In this document: in pieces, positions 1-9,471 of the stretch
Layout: every line of letters starts with the position of its first letter
How positions within the stretch are numbered: the stretch's first letter is position 1
Assembly (NCBI GenBank): GCA_937950125.1
Contig: CALFEP010000305.1
Coordinates: 978-64,977 of the forward strand
Reading direction: 5' to 3'
DNA: 64,000 bases
DNA from: an uncultured Bacteroidota bacterium
GTDB taxonomy: Bacteria > Bacteroidota > Bacteroidia > Bacteroidales > 4484-276
The notes under the pieces: generated by a model
Database searches by the model: none
What the model saw: the letters and a program-made list of their open reading frames with translations, nothing else
What the model was told of the DNA's origin: nothing
Translations under genes and position numbers: made by a program

Positions 1-816
1 CACGAAGGATTGATTGCCGGCATCAAAATGAATATCAGGGCGATACTTGTAGTAGTGGGTTTTTCGGCCATCAGTGTCGAATTAAGAAATCCGTTCATAA
101 AATCCGTTTTACAAAAGCGGGGTTTTTCGCAGTTGTATTCAGCGCTGGGGCTTGCTTTTTCGGCTTTGCCCTTCATCATCGGACAATATTCTAAGCCCGG
201 TCAGCTTTTACGAAAACCCGTGAAGTCGCTCAGCCAGGTTTTGCAAAACACCCATTTTCTGCTTGAATCATTCAGGAAACTTAGTTTAAAACCCCGGGTA
301 TTTATCATCACAGGCGAACGACATTCAGGGAAAACCACTTTTATTAGTAACCTTTCTGTGATTTTGAAGAATCAGGGAATGACAATGTCGGGGTTTGTTG
401 CCCCTGGCAAGTTTGAAAACAACCGGCGTTCGGAATTCAATATCAGAAATTTGAAAACCGGTGAGGAAAAACTCTTGTGCAGTGTTCACCTGTCAGGGGG
501 TGAGGTGATGGGCTCTTTCCGTTTCACAGCGGAGGGGCAGCATTTTGGAAGAAATATTTTATTGCCTGAAAACACCTCTGATACCGATATTGTGGTGATT
601 GACGAAATTGGACCACTCGAAATGAAAGGCCAGGGATGGGCTTCTTCCATCAATAAGTTGATGAACACACCTAGCTTGACCCACATTTGGGCAGTCAGAA
701 GACAGCTTGTTGACGAGGTGATTGCAAAATGGAGTCTGCATGATGTTACTGTATTGGAAATCAATGAACAACCTGCTGATTCAGTGGCTAAGCTTATTGT
801 GAAAAGCCTAAGGTAA
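1..816 (+). CDS. P-loop NTPase (DUF2478/THEP1-like) with a hydrophobic N-terminal region; 5' end runs off the window
   Basis: The frame is open from nt 1 (HEGLIAGIK...) and ends at TAA 814-816. It carries Walker A 'ITGERHSGKTTF' and Walker B-like 'IVVIDEIGPLE'. The TTG at nt 10 in the ORF track is probably not the true start. Confidence 0.55.
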   Translation, partial: HEGLIAGIKMNIRAILVVVGFSAISVELRNPFIKSVLQKRGFSQLYSALGLAFSALPFIIGQYSKPGQLLRKPVKSLSQVLQNTHFLLESFRKLSLKPRVFIITGERHSGKTTFISNLSVILKNQGMTMSGFVAPGKFENNRRSEFNIRNLKTGEEKLLCSVHLSGGEVMGSFRFTAEGQHFGRNILLPENTSDTDIVVIDEIGPLEMKGQGWASSINKLMNTPSLTHIWAVRRQLVDEVIAKWSLHDVTVLEINEQPADSVAKLIVKSLR

Positions 817-1166
817 CAACCTAAATAATACCGCATCAGTCATCAGTTTGGCGCCCTGAATATTGGGTTTGGCCATAAGGGCGAAAGTTGATCTCACCAT
901 CCAAAATCCTGAGATTAATAAAACACTTTCTAACATTTCTTTCCCGGAGGCCAATCAAATAAAGGTTTTTGGAAAATTCCAATATTTTTGAGGCCTGATT
1001 TTTTTGCCTGGACTATTTAAAGAATTTTGTGAATTACTGCCTGAATCAGGAAAGCGACTAAGCGATTTTTGGTTTCTTTTTCTGTCACTAAAATCTTAAG
1101 TTGCTATAACCTGGAGCAATACATTTTTTTTTGAATTGTCGGGATATGATTAATTCAAACATTAGC

Positions 1167-1175
1167 GGGGGGGGG
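1167..1175 (+). repeat. G9 homopolymer in the 5' leader of the acyltransferase gene
   Basis: The sequence reads 'attagcGGGGGGGGGcgaagcgttgcATG'. Nine consecutive G end 11 nt before the ATG at 1187, in otherwise AT-rich intergenic DNA. Confidence 0.9.
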
Positions 1176-1186
1176 CGAAGCGTTGC

Positions 1187-2176
1187 ATGAGAAAATTTGA
1201 ACTGATTGATTTCTTAAAGGGATTTTCAATTTTTACCATTATCATTTTTCATCTTTTGCAGGATGTGGCTGATTCAGGATTATTTGTTAACGCAATTTCT
1301 TTCGGTGGAACGGGTATTCATGCTTTTATTCTGCTCTCCGGGTTCAGTTTGTATTATTCTTACCTGAACAAGCCGTTAAGCTACATTCAGTTTCTTCAAA
1401 GGAGATTCGGCAAGATTTACCTGCCATACATCATTGTTGTGGCAATATCAGCGCTTTTGTCTTTTTGGCTGCCGCTTTACCAAAATACATGGTATTCTTT
1501 TCTGGGTCACGTTTTTATGTACAAAATGTTTGACGATTCAATCATCGTGACGTATGGCTATCATCTTTGGTTCATTTCTACGATCATTCAGTTTTACATT
1601 GTTTTTTTTCTGTTGATACGGTTGAAAAAATTGATGTCAGACTGGGCCTTTTTGGGGCTTGCCATTGTTGTGAGCATGAGTTGGATTTCTTACATTTTAA
1701 TAATTGATAAAACCGATTCGCTGGTATTGACCAGATCGATGCTGGAATACCTGTGGGAATTTGCGGCAGGTATGGTTTTGGCTGAAATTGTTTTCAAAGG
1801 GAAAAGCCTGCCCAGGTTAAATAATTTCTGGATAGCAATCATTGGTATTACCGGGTTGGCTTTGTATGCTTTTCTTGCCATCGAATTTAAAATGGCAGGA
1901 ATTTTAACCAACGATATTCCCGGATTAATCGGTTACGCTGCAATAGCTATTTTTATTTATAACCTGAAGATTGACAAGGTGAACCGTTTTTTTTTGTTTA
2001 CAGGCAAAATTTCATACTCCCTTTTTCTGGTGCATTCGTTTCTTGTGGTTATCACCCAATATGCTCATTATGAGGCAAGTTATCAATGCTGGATAGTTTC
2101 AATGATAATGGCTTTACCATTAACGTATTTGCTTGGATGGGGTTACTTCAAATTGTATCAGGCAATTTTGAAATGA
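1187..2176 (+). CDS. Acyltransferase family 3 (integral-membrane O-acyltransferase)
   Basis: The N-terminus 'MRKFELIDFLKGFSIFTIIIFHL' is typical of acyltransferase_3 proteins. About 10 hydrophobic segments are present, with ATG start and TGA stop. Confidence 0.8.
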   Translation: MRKFELIDFLKGFSIFTIIIFHLLQDVADSGLFVNAISFGGTGIHAFILLSGFSLYYSYLNKPLSYIQFLQRRFGKIYLPYIIVVAISALLSFWLPLYQNTWYSFLGHVFMYKMFDDSIIVTYGYHLWFISTIIQFYIVFFLLIRLKKLMSDWAFLGLAIVVSMSWISYILIIDKTDSLVLTRSMLEYLWEFAAGMVLAEIVFKGKSLPRLNNFWIAIIGITGLALYAFLAIEFKMAGILTNDIPGLIGYAAIAIFIYNLKIDKVNRFFLFTGKISYSLFLVHSFLVVITQYAHYEASYQCWIVSMIMALPLTYLLGWGYFKLYQAILK

Positions 2177-2262
2177 GTTTGACAGAAGCCGGAGAGTTCT
2201 GTTGGAATTGTGGTTTGTAAAAGTAAGGGAAAATTAGAAACAATGACTTAAAAATGAGCTGA

Positions 2263-3237
2263 TTACTTGTCCCTTTCGGTAGTGAATACCACCAATTGTT
2301 CGAGTGAATTCCGGAAAGCGCTTTCAGGAAAATCGTGTAAAAGGCTGATGGCCCGCTGCTGATATTCTTTCATTTTAGCTGTTGCATATTCAATACCTCC
2401 GCTCCGGTTAACTTCTTCAATCAGCGCTGCAACCCTGTCAGGATCGTTGTTGTGATTTTTTACCACATTAACAATCCTTCGTTTTTGCAGGTAGCCCGAA
2501 TTGTTGAGCATGTAAATGAGCGGCAGTGTCATTTTTTGTTCTTTGATGTCGATGCCGTTGGGCTTGCCAATGTTTTGGGTGTTTTGGTAATCAAAGAGGT
2601 CGTCGCGTATTTGAAAAGCAATGCCCACATATTCCCCAAAAAGGTGCATTTTTTTTATTACATCATCCGGAGCATTAACTGAGGCGGCGCCTGCAGCGCA
2701 GCAGGATGCAATCAGGGAAGCGGTTTTTTTACGGATAATTTCAAAATACACCGATTCCTCTATGTCGAGCCTTCTTGCTTTTTCTATTTGCAAAAGTTCG
2801 CCTTCGCTCATTTCGCGGGTAGCATCCGACACTATTTTCAACGCCCTGAATTCATTGTTGTCCAGTGCCAGCAGCAAACCCTGGGCAAGCAGATAATCGC
2901 CGATAAGTACGGCTATTTTGTTTTTCCACAAGGCATTGATCGAAAAAAATCCCCGCCTGATGTTTGAATCGTCAACAACGTCATCATGAACAAGGGTAGC
3001 TGTGTGCAGAATTTCGATCAGAGAGGCAGCCTTGTGTGTGGAGTCGTTGATTTGGCCGCAAATACCGGCAGAAAGAAAGACAAACATTGGGCGGATTTGT
3101 TTGCCCTTTCGCTTGATGATGTAGCGGGTTATTTTGTCGAGGAGTGGCACATTGCTTTTCATCGATAGTCTGAACTTTTCTTCAAACTCGGCGATGTGCT
3201 TTTCGATGGGAGCTTTTATTTGTTTAAGAATCGGCAT
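2263..3237 (-). CDS. ispB: Long-chain polyprenyl diphosphate synthase (octaprenyl-PP synthase-like)
   Basis: Both aspartate-rich motifs are present: 'LVHDDVVDD' (FARM) and 'FQIRDDLFDY' (SARM). Length is 324 aa. Confidence 0.88.
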   Translation of the reverse strand: MPILKQIKAPIEKHIAEFEEKFRLSMKSNVPLLDKITRYIIKRKGKQIRPMFVFLSAGICGQINDSTHKAASLIEILHTATLVHDDVVDDSNIRRGFFSINALWKNKIAVLIGDYLLAQGLLLALDNNEFRALKIVSDATREMSEGELLQIEKARRLDIEESVYFEIIRKKTASLIASCCAAGAASVNAPDDVIKKMHLFGEYVGIAFQIRDDLFDYQNTQNIGKPNGIDIKEQKMTLPLIYMLNNSGYLQKRRIVNVVKNHNNDPDRVAALIEEVNRSGGIEYATAKMKEYQQRAISLLHDFPESAFRNSLEQLVVFTTERDK

Positions 3238-3431
3238 AAAATCGTGCCAAAAGTAGTATTATTTTGGTTTCCTGACACAGGTGACCAATTTAACAGCCGA
3301 TCATGAAATTTCCTGTGGATTAATTCATTACCATCCGGGCCTTGCTTTAAACGCTGTGACTTGCCTGTAATAATGATGAAAATGACTGAAAACCTGAACC
3401 CGAAAGATTAGGATTTGACAAAAGCCAGGCC

Positions 3432-5228
3432 TTATCTGATAAGGGTACATTTTTTTATGTCAACATAATTTCCGGCCTTTAGCCTTAAAAAGTACAATCC
3501 TGGCTGTTCGTTTTCAACTGACCAGGACACCGTATAGCTTCCGGGGGTTTGTTCATTGTTTACCAGCGTCCTGATTGACCGCCCGGTAATGTCGGAGATG
3601 GTGAGTTCGATATGGCTTTTTTCAGGAATGGTGTAGCTGATGGTGGTTTGAACATTGAAAGGATTTGGGAAATTGTTTTCAAGAATAAATCCAGCAAAAG
3701 GTTCAATTTTACTGTTGGTTTGATGATCAATGCCCGAAGGTCCGCCGGCCCAGTAAATGTCGTCCAGGGCAAATTCGCAGGAAGCACCGTTAACTTCCAA
3801 AATTACAAATTCATAGCTCAACATGCGCAGATCGATCAACTCGCCCCTGATATCAGCCACCGGGATGGAGGCCTGACCCCAGTCGCCGTTCCTGACAAGG
3901 CCATAGGTGGTCTGGTTTGCCGGAAAATCAACATAATTCTGGTTGCCCCAGGCATCAATAATTCCAATTTTAAAACTCACATTGGCTGGAATTTTTATCA
4001 TAAACATGATACTTCCTTCGTCAAAATCGAAGAGGTTGACCGGCTGTATAGACATAATCCCTGCCCCAAACCAGCCCATTCCGGTTGTTGCCCACGATAT
4101 TCCGTTTTCACCTTCATAGGGTGGTATTGAACCATTGGCGAGTGTGCCTTCCCATACATAAATTTCGGAGCTGATTCCTGCCTGCAGCCCATAGTTGGTG
4201 GGCGTATTATCGGTGAATATTCCAAAGGTTCCAATTTCAGCCTGCGGGGGTCCAAGATGTACTTCACCCTGCCCATTCCATTTCGAAACCTTAATGTAGT
4301 CAACAAACATGTCGGCGGGGAAGGGCATCGAAACCGGCAGACCGCTGCCCGGGTTACCGAGTGAGTAAGCATCGGTAAATGTTCCACCTATGGCAAGATT
4401 GGCAATCAGGTAAAAAGGCTGCTGAAATTCGGCTGACACACTGTCGATTGGAAAAGGTTCGGTAAACAGGTCATATTCGGCGCCGTTGTCGATTACCGTG
4501 TACCGGATGTTGTTTTCGTCCCAGTACATCCGATAGATCAGGAATCTGTTGTTGAAAGGATTTGCGTAGTTGTAATACGGGCGGCAATACAAATCATCAG
4601 GGTCCCACGAAATGCTTGCAGCGCCTGAAGGGTTTTCGGGTGTTACGGCATCATCAGAATAAAAAATGGCGTTGGCGCTTACGGCCTGGTTGACGGTGGA
4701 GTTGTTTAAGCCATTTCCCCCGTTATGTTCGTCGTGCAAATCCCTGAACGCCTGTTTGCTGCCCATTTCCATCATGTCGAGTTCACCTTTTCGCGGCCAG
4801 TCGTAATTGGCATTTCCCAGGAGCCACAGGGCAGGCCATCCTCCAAGATTCAGATCGGGCACCAGCACCCGTGTTTCAATCAGCCCGTATTTTACGGTCA
4901 CTTTTGCTTTAGTACTTACCTTGCCCGAAGTGTAGTTCAGGGGGTTGCCCCACTGGTCAACAATGTCGGGTCCGGTTTCCTCTTTGGCAACCAAATGCAG
5001 TGCATTGTTGCCCGGCTCGCCGGGAATTTCATCAATGGTGACATTGTCGGGTTTATAGAATTCCAATTCGCCATTACCCCAGCCCCAGTAGCCATTTCCC
5101 ACGCTTGGCATCCAGTTGTCGAGGTTGTTGAAATCTTCCTGCCAGATTACCTCACCAACCTGACTATAACTGTATTTTGTCATTAAAACGACAAAAACGA
5201 TCATCAACACTTGTTTTATCTTTTTCAT
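3432..5228 (-). CDS. GH16 beta-glucanase (laminarinase-type) with a C-terminal beta-sandwich module and T9SS sorting domain
   Basis: It contains 'GWGNGELEFY' and the GH16 catalytic motif E-x-D-x-x-E ('GELDMMEMG'). The C-terminus 'FPNPFNVQTTISY...GLYFLRLKAGN' is a T9SS CTD. The start is trimmed from the TTG at 5249 to the ATG at 5228, giving signal peptide MKKIKQVLMIVFVVLMTKYSYS|Q. Confidence 0.9.
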   Translation of the reverse strand: MKKIKQVLMIVFVVLMTKYSYSQVGEVIWQEDFNNLDNWMPSVGNGYWGWGNGELEFYKPDNVTIDEIPGEPGNNALHLVAKEETGPDIVDQWGNPLNYTSGKVSTKAKVTVKYGLIETRVLVPDLNLGGWPALWLLGNANYDWPRKGELDMMEMGSKQAFRDLHDEHNGGNGLNNSTVNQAVSANAIFYSDDAVTPENPSGAASISWDPDDLYCRPYYNYANPFNNRFLIYRMYWDENNIRYTVIDNGAEYDLFTEPFPIDSVSAEFQQPFYLIANLAIGGTFTDAYSLGNPGSGLPVSMPFPADMFVDYIKVSKWNGQGEVHLGPPQAEIGTFGIFTDNTPTNYGLQAGISSEIYVWEGTLANGSIPPYEGENGISWATTGMGWFGAGIMSIQPVNLFDFDEGSIMFMIKIPANVSFKIGIIDAWGNQNYVDFPANQTTYGLVRNGDWGQASIPVADIRGELIDLRMLSYEFVILEVNGASCEFALDDIYWAGGPSGIDHQTNSKIEPFAGFILENNFPNPFNVQTTISYTIPEKSHIELTISDITGRSIRTLVNNEQTPGSYTVSWSVENEQPGLYFLRLKAGNYVDIKKCTLIR

Positions 5229-5419
5229 AAATGCTGGTATCTTTTTCAAAAGTCTTTAAAAATAGTTTTTTTCTGATTCAAAAAATTAATGAATATGCAC
5301 CAAATTGATTTTACCTGCTTTACCACATTTTGCCTGAATTTCAGGCTCCGGTGATTTGCTCTGTTTATCCCAGACTGAAAAAATGTATTATAACCAAAAC
5401 ATTATTAACATTTTAACCT

Positions 5420-5491
5420 TTCAAAAGTCAATAAAACAGGGGCATGTAACGAAACCATACCTGTTGTGCAGGTGAGGCGGTTACATACCCC
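5420..5491 (-). terminator. Long imperfect hairpin plus T-rich tail downstream of the 5514-8660 gene
   Basis: GGGGCATGTAAC (5439-5450) pairs with GTTACATACCCC (5480-5491) with one mismatch. An inner ACCTG/CAGGT stem is also present. On the minus strand the hairpin is followed by TGTTTTATTGACTTTTG. Confidence 0.45.
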
Positions 5492-5513
5492 TTAATCATT
5501 AAATATCAAAACG

Positions 5514-8500
5514 CTACTCAACCACCACTTTTTTGATAGCGGTAGTCACTGAATTTGAAATCCTTACCATGTAAACGCCCTTCGGCTGATTACTTAAATC
5601 AAGCTGTAATGAGCCTGAAATTTTAGAAGAATACACCAACTGTCCGTGCATGTTTGTAACGCTGAATGTGCAAGCGTCGGAAACGTCGGTGTTGATGGTA
5701 AACCTACCGTTGTTTGGATTTGGGAATATGGTGAAAGCAATCGTTTCGCCATAATTTATTCCGGTTGTTCCTTCTTTAAACTCACTGATTACCGAAAGTC
5801 CGTCTTTGGCAAACAACCCATTCCGGTCAGCAAAGCTTTGGTTAAAAACAGGAACGACTTCCGTTTCTTTACCATCTCTGAAAATCCTGAATGTCATCAT
5901 TTCGCCCTGGATAAGGCCATCTTTTGCTGCTGTTGTTATATCGTCACCATAAATCACCAGCGGCATAACAGCACCTTCATTATTTGCCGATATTCCGCAG
6001 CACAATCCCTGATTATCGAAAACACCAACGATGTCATTAGGCAAAACGGCCATACCCGACACAGAAATAATGTGCTGTTCGCCTGTTTTGTTTACGGCAT
6101 TCCATGATGGAACAAATGGATTGGCATGATTAAATCTTTTTGCTGGAGCTGATTTTGGAGGTACAAGACCAAAGTCAACAATGGTTGCATTTTTTACATT
6201 GATAAGATAGGCAAAGCCGGGATACATGGTTGTGAGCGCGCCGTTCACTCCCGGAACAATGCCTCCAGCCGGCCAGTAAACTTCACCGGTGGAAATATCA
6301 AACATAAAATTGATGTTATTTCCAAGCGGGAGGATAACATCCTCCAAACTTGCCGGTTCTTCGCTCAACACCGGGAGTAAGCTGGTGCCAGCACTGAGGG
6401 CAACGGTTCTGTTTTCAAGCGGCGTTCCTTCAAATTGAAAATCAACACCTGCGCTGAATTTTACCTTGTAACCCTGGTAAGTATCCCAGTTACCAATCGT
6501 ATTGATATTCTGACCCGGCCAGAATAGCCCGTTTTTACCCAACAGGATAATCATATCATCCAGGATTGGCGCAAAGAGTTCTTCCATCGAAATTTTTGCC
6601 ACCGGGTTGACGTTGCTCGAAATACCATTCCAACCGGCAGGGTATGTCGGGCATTCGTCACAACTGTTCCAGCAAACGGCTGGCAACACGGTGTTATCGA
6701 CGACTTCGAGAGACCTGTTGGTAAAACCTCCTAAGGTTACCGTGCATGGTTCTCCACCGGCAAATTCTTCCCAGATATCCCAGCCATTCAAGGTGAATTT
6801 ATACTGGTAAGACCCCTCGAGCAGTGGAAGGGTGATTTCGAATACACCATCCATGTCGTCGTCGGTAAGTATGTTGCAACTGCCACACCACCCGTTAAAG
6901 GTTCCGTTCAGGGTTACAATGGAGTAACCACCCTGGTATTGGTTCATGTCAACTTTAAATGTCACATCATAAATTGCCGGAGGTTCGCCGCACGGATCGC
7001 AGCTATTCCAGCATACTTCGGGCAATACGACGGATTCTGTCACCTGAAGGAATCGGTTGGTAAAGCCCCAGTTGGTTACTGTACAAGGTTCACCGCCAAC
7101 AAAGTTTTCCTGTACTGCCCAGTTGTCGATGGTGAATTTGTATTCATAGGCGCCTTCTGCCAACGGAAGTGTTATAGAATAAATCCCGTCGAGGTCAGGA
7201 TCGGTCATCAGGTTGCAATTGCCGCACCAGCCATTCATGGTTCCACTCACGTAAACATTTCCGAAAGCATTTAAATACTGGTTCATGTCAACGTTAAAGG
7301 TAACATCGGGCGGTATAAAAGTGCAGGTTTCGCAACTGTTCCAGCAAACAGCCGGTAAAACCATCGATCCGGTTACTTCAAGCGCCCTGTTGGTGTAGCC
7401 GCCATTGGTAACCGTACAGGGCTCACCTCCCTGAAACTGTTCCTGAACCGACCAGTTGTCAAGTGTAAATTTGTATTCATACGAGCCATCGGCTAATTCA
7501 AGGGTGGTTTCATAAATATCGTCCATTTCCGGATCAAGTAGCTGGTTTGCATCACCCGACCATCCATTAAAAGAACCGCTAACGTAAACATTCCCAAAAG
7601 AATTTCCATATTGCGACATGTCCACTTTAAAGGTTACTGTCGTTGAAGTGGATGGATTTTTCCAGAAATACCAGTTGTCAAAATAAACAGTACCATTCCC
7701 GTCAACCTTGAATTGGAAAACATCCGACAGATTTACCGGAGGGACAAAATGTGAAAGTGGGATATCGACACTTACCCAGGTTTCCTGAGTGATTGGAAGT
7801 GTATAGCTTGTTTCGGCGCCGGGGCTGATCAGGTAAAACTTCAGGCTGGTGGAGTTGGGTGTCCAGAAGTCAAGATGTATGTATTCATAGCCCGAAACAT
7901 TTTGGTTTGAAAACTGTGTTCCCTGATAATTGAGGTTTGCATACTTCAGGGTATTGTTACCAGCCGCTAGAAAATCAACCGTCACAGTAGTTGACTGTCC
8001 CCAGTTTGGGTTAAAATTGGTACCAGCCAGGTTGGGGTACACTTCGGTGTAGATGGAAAGTACATTTTCGGGAGCATGGCCCGGGACGGGCGGAACCGTT
8101 GTAGGTTCGGCCAAAGGAGGTGCGATAAATCCGTCAGGTACCTGAATGTTGTCAAAATAAATGACATTATCTCCCGGACGAGGATTAAAATCGAAATCGG
8201 GAATAATCACAATCCGGCTGTAGCTGTTTCCAACCGAACCTGAAAAATCGAAGGTAATCTCTTCCCATTGGTTGATTAATGTGTTGGCAACCTGAATTTC
8301 AACCCCTCCACTCATCCCTTCAAATTTCATCCCTACATTACTGATTTTCGATTTGTAAATCATGATTTTCACCAACTTGTTGGATTGGTCGAATACAAAC
8401 GCACCATCGCCGTCGGTAAAACATAAAGCCCAGGGTTGTCCATACTGCCTGACGGTGAACTTTGCCACCGAAGGTGTGGTGTTTATGCCGCCACTAACCG

Positions 8501-8660
8501 GGTTGGCAATAAATTCCAGCGGTGGATTATCTGCATTTTCAACCATACTCCACGACCAGTCGGCGCCCGTACCGGCGGGTTCAAAATCGATGGTGTGTGT
8601 AACTTGTGCCGTTATTGTGCCTGCAATAACCAGCATCAATACAAAGAAAAAATTTCTCAT
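5514..8660 (-). CDS. Modular secreted glycan-binding-type protein (no catalytic domain recognised) with T9SS CTD
   Basis: The signal peptide ends 'TITA|Q'. The N-terminal 'X1' and 'X2' modules resemble those of 12787-13842 closely (many identical positions by eye). Three tandem CBM20/48-like repeats follow ('VTFxVDM...FNGW...YEYKF...CWNSC'), then a 'GW/YWP-INT' double module, a 'GDxIGxF...YGDD' module and the CTD 'FPNPNNGRFTIN...GVYMVRI'. Confidence 0.75.
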   Translation of the reverse strand: MRNFFFVLMLVIAGTITAQVTHTIDFEPAGTGADWSWSMVENADNPPLEFIANPVSGGINTTPSVAKFTVRQYGQPWALCFTDGDGAFVFDQSNKLVKIMIYKSKISNVGMKFEGMSGGVEIQVANTLINQWEEITFDFSGSVGNSYSRIVIIPDFDFNPRPGDNVIYFDNIQVPDGFIAPPLAEPTTVPPVPGHAPENVLSIYTEVYPNLAGTNFNPNWGQSTTVTVDFLAAGNNTLKYANLNYQGTQFSNQNVSGYEYIHLDFWTPNSTSLKFYLISPGAETSYTLPITQETWVSVDIPLSHFVPPVNLSDVFQFKVDGNGTVYFDNWYFWKNPSTSTTVTFKVDMSQYGNSFGNVYVSGSFNGWSGDANQLLDPEMDDIYETTLELADGSYEYKFTLDNWSVQEQFQGGEPCTVTNGGYTNRALEVTGSMVLPAVCWNSCETCTFIPPDVTFNVDMNQYLNAFGNVYVSGTMNGWCGNCNLMTDPDLDGIYSITLPLAEGAYEYKFTIDNWAVQENFVGGEPCTVTNWGFTNRFLQVTESVVLPEVCWNSCDPCGEPPAIYDVTFKVDMNQYQGGYSIVTLNGTFNGWCGSCNILTDDDMDGVFEITLPLLEGSYQYKFTLNGWDIWEEFAGGEPCTVTLGGFTNRSLEVVDNTVLPAVCWNSCDECPTYPAGWNGISSNVNPVAKISMEELFAPILDDMIILLGKNGLFWPGQNINTIGNWDTYQGYKVKFSAGVDFQFEGTPLENRTVALSAGTSLLPVLSEEPASLEDVILPLGNNINFMFDISTGEVYWPAGGIVPGVNGALTTMYPGFAYLINVKNATIVDFGLVPPKSAPAKRFNHANPFVPSWNAVNKTGEQHIISVSGMAVLPNDIVGVFDNQGLCCGISANNEGAVMPLVIYGDDITTAAKDGLIQGEMMTFRIFRDGKETEVVPVFNQSFADRNGLFAKDGLSVISEFKEGTTGINYGETIAFTIFPNPNNGRFTINTDVSDACTFSVTNMHGQLVYSSKISGSLQLDLSNQPKGVYMVRISNSVTTAIKKVVVE
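6651..7640 (-). repeat. Three tandem intragenic repeats of about 105-113 aa (CBM20/48-like, Cys-containing)
   Basis: These are residues 341-446, 452-557 and 565-670 of the 1048-aa protein. Each shows the pattern VTF.VDM.QY...V.(V/L).G(S/T).NGW.G...(L/M).D...D.(I/V)(Y/F)..TL.L..G.Y.YKF...W...E.F.GGEPCTVT..G(Y/F)TNR.L.V....VLP.VCWNSC..C. Confidence 0.85.
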
Positions 8661-8775
8661 GAGTTTTAATTTTAGTTAATAAATAATGTTTAAAAATCAA
8701 TGTTTTAAAATGAAAACTATATTTTTTAATGTTAAGTGCCGGAGGATCGATCACACCCCAGGTACTTAAATCCGG

Positions 8776-9462
8776 TCAGTTTTTAACAGCTGTCTGAAAC
8801 ACCCTCACATAGTCGATTTCCATGCTTTGTGGAAAAATTGAGTTGTCAATTCCCTGTGCGCCACCCCATGATCCTCCTACGGCTACATTCAGGATGAAAA
8901 ATGCCGGCTGGTCGAACGGCCAGTTTTCAGGCGTTTTCACATCCGGAGAATACACATGAACGATGTTTTCGGGCGTGTCAACATAAAATGTTAATGAGTC
9001 AGATGTCCAATCCATGCCGTAAATATGAAAATCTTCCTCACAGGTTGTTACCACCATCGAGCTTCCACTACCGCCACCACCGTATCCTGATGGAGTATGA
9101 ACCGTTGAATACACTGTATTCGGGTTGTAACCCACGTATTCCATAATGTCCATTTCGCCGCAGGCTGGCCAGCCATTTGTCCAGAAATTCTGTCCCAGCA
9201 TCCAGATGGCCGGCCAGATACCTGTTCCTGATGGTAGTTTTGCTCTTATCTCCATTCTACCGTACTGAAACTCCTTTTTCCCTGCTGTAATGAGCCTGGA
9301 TGATGTGTAAGAACCGGGTTGGAAAAGATTATTGACCAATTCAGCAGTGATGATCAGCTTTCCATCCACAACTTCTGCGTTTTCGCCGTTGGTGTAATTC
9401 TGCAACTCACCGTTGCCCCAGCCGCCTGAACCCGTTTCAAAAGTCCAGACTTCCGGGTTCAC
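8776..9462 (-). CDS. GH16 catalytic domain fragment (segment 3 of 3 of the interrupted 8776-13842 frame)
   Basis: It contains 'GWGNGELQNYT' and the catalytic 'GEMDIMEY', and ends 'IDYVRVFQTAVKN' at a TGA. The ORF-track 'M' is a GTG. There is no signal peptide, and the first GH16 strand ('LIWSDEFD') lies upstream of the in-frame TGA at 9469-9471. Confidence 0.8.
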   Translation of the reverse strand: MNPEVWTFETGSGGWGNGELQNYTNGENAEVVDGKLIITAELVNNLFQPGSYTSSRLITAGKKEFQYGRMEIRAKLPSGTGIWPAIWMLGQNFWTNGWPACGEMDIMEYVGYNPNTVYSTVHTPSGYGGGGSGSSMVVTTCEEDFHIYGMDWTSDSLTFYVDTPENIVHVYSPDVKTPENWPFDQPAFFILNVAVGGSWGGAQGIDNSIFPQSMEIDYVRVFQTAVKN

Positions 9463-9468
9463 CGCACT

Positions 9469-9471
9469 TCA
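9469..9471 (-). other. In-frame TGA inside the GH16 domain, at the expected Gly position
   Basis: The minus strand reads TGG TCG GAT GAG TTT GAC TGA AGT GCG GTG AAC CCG GAA GTC TGG, which translates W S D E F D * S A V N P E V W. Confidence 0.95.

Noticed and set aside
5229-5249. N-terminal extensions in the ORF track at 5249, 21287, 30984, 37855, 41560, 45350, 55316, 55979, 61673 and 49609.
   Set aside because: The starts I checked (5249, 45350, 55979, 61673, 49609) are TTG codons, and all ten extensions lie upstream of an in-frame ATG. That ATG immediately precedes a canonical signal peptide or a conserved N-terminus. In one case (55379) a TAnnTTTG box lies between the two candidate starts.
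9428-9471. Possible selenocysteine insertion. A hairpin on the minus strand (GAACCCG...CGGGTTC with an inner AAGT/ACTT stem) starts 9 nt downstream of the in-frame TGA at 9469-9471, superficially like a bacterial SECIS element.
   Set aside because: The position corresponds to a structural Gly in the first GH16 strand, not a redox site. The second in-frame TGA (12787) has no comparable hairpin. No selenoprotein machinery is visible. The hairpin is also just coding sequence for conserved residues (NPEVWTFETG).
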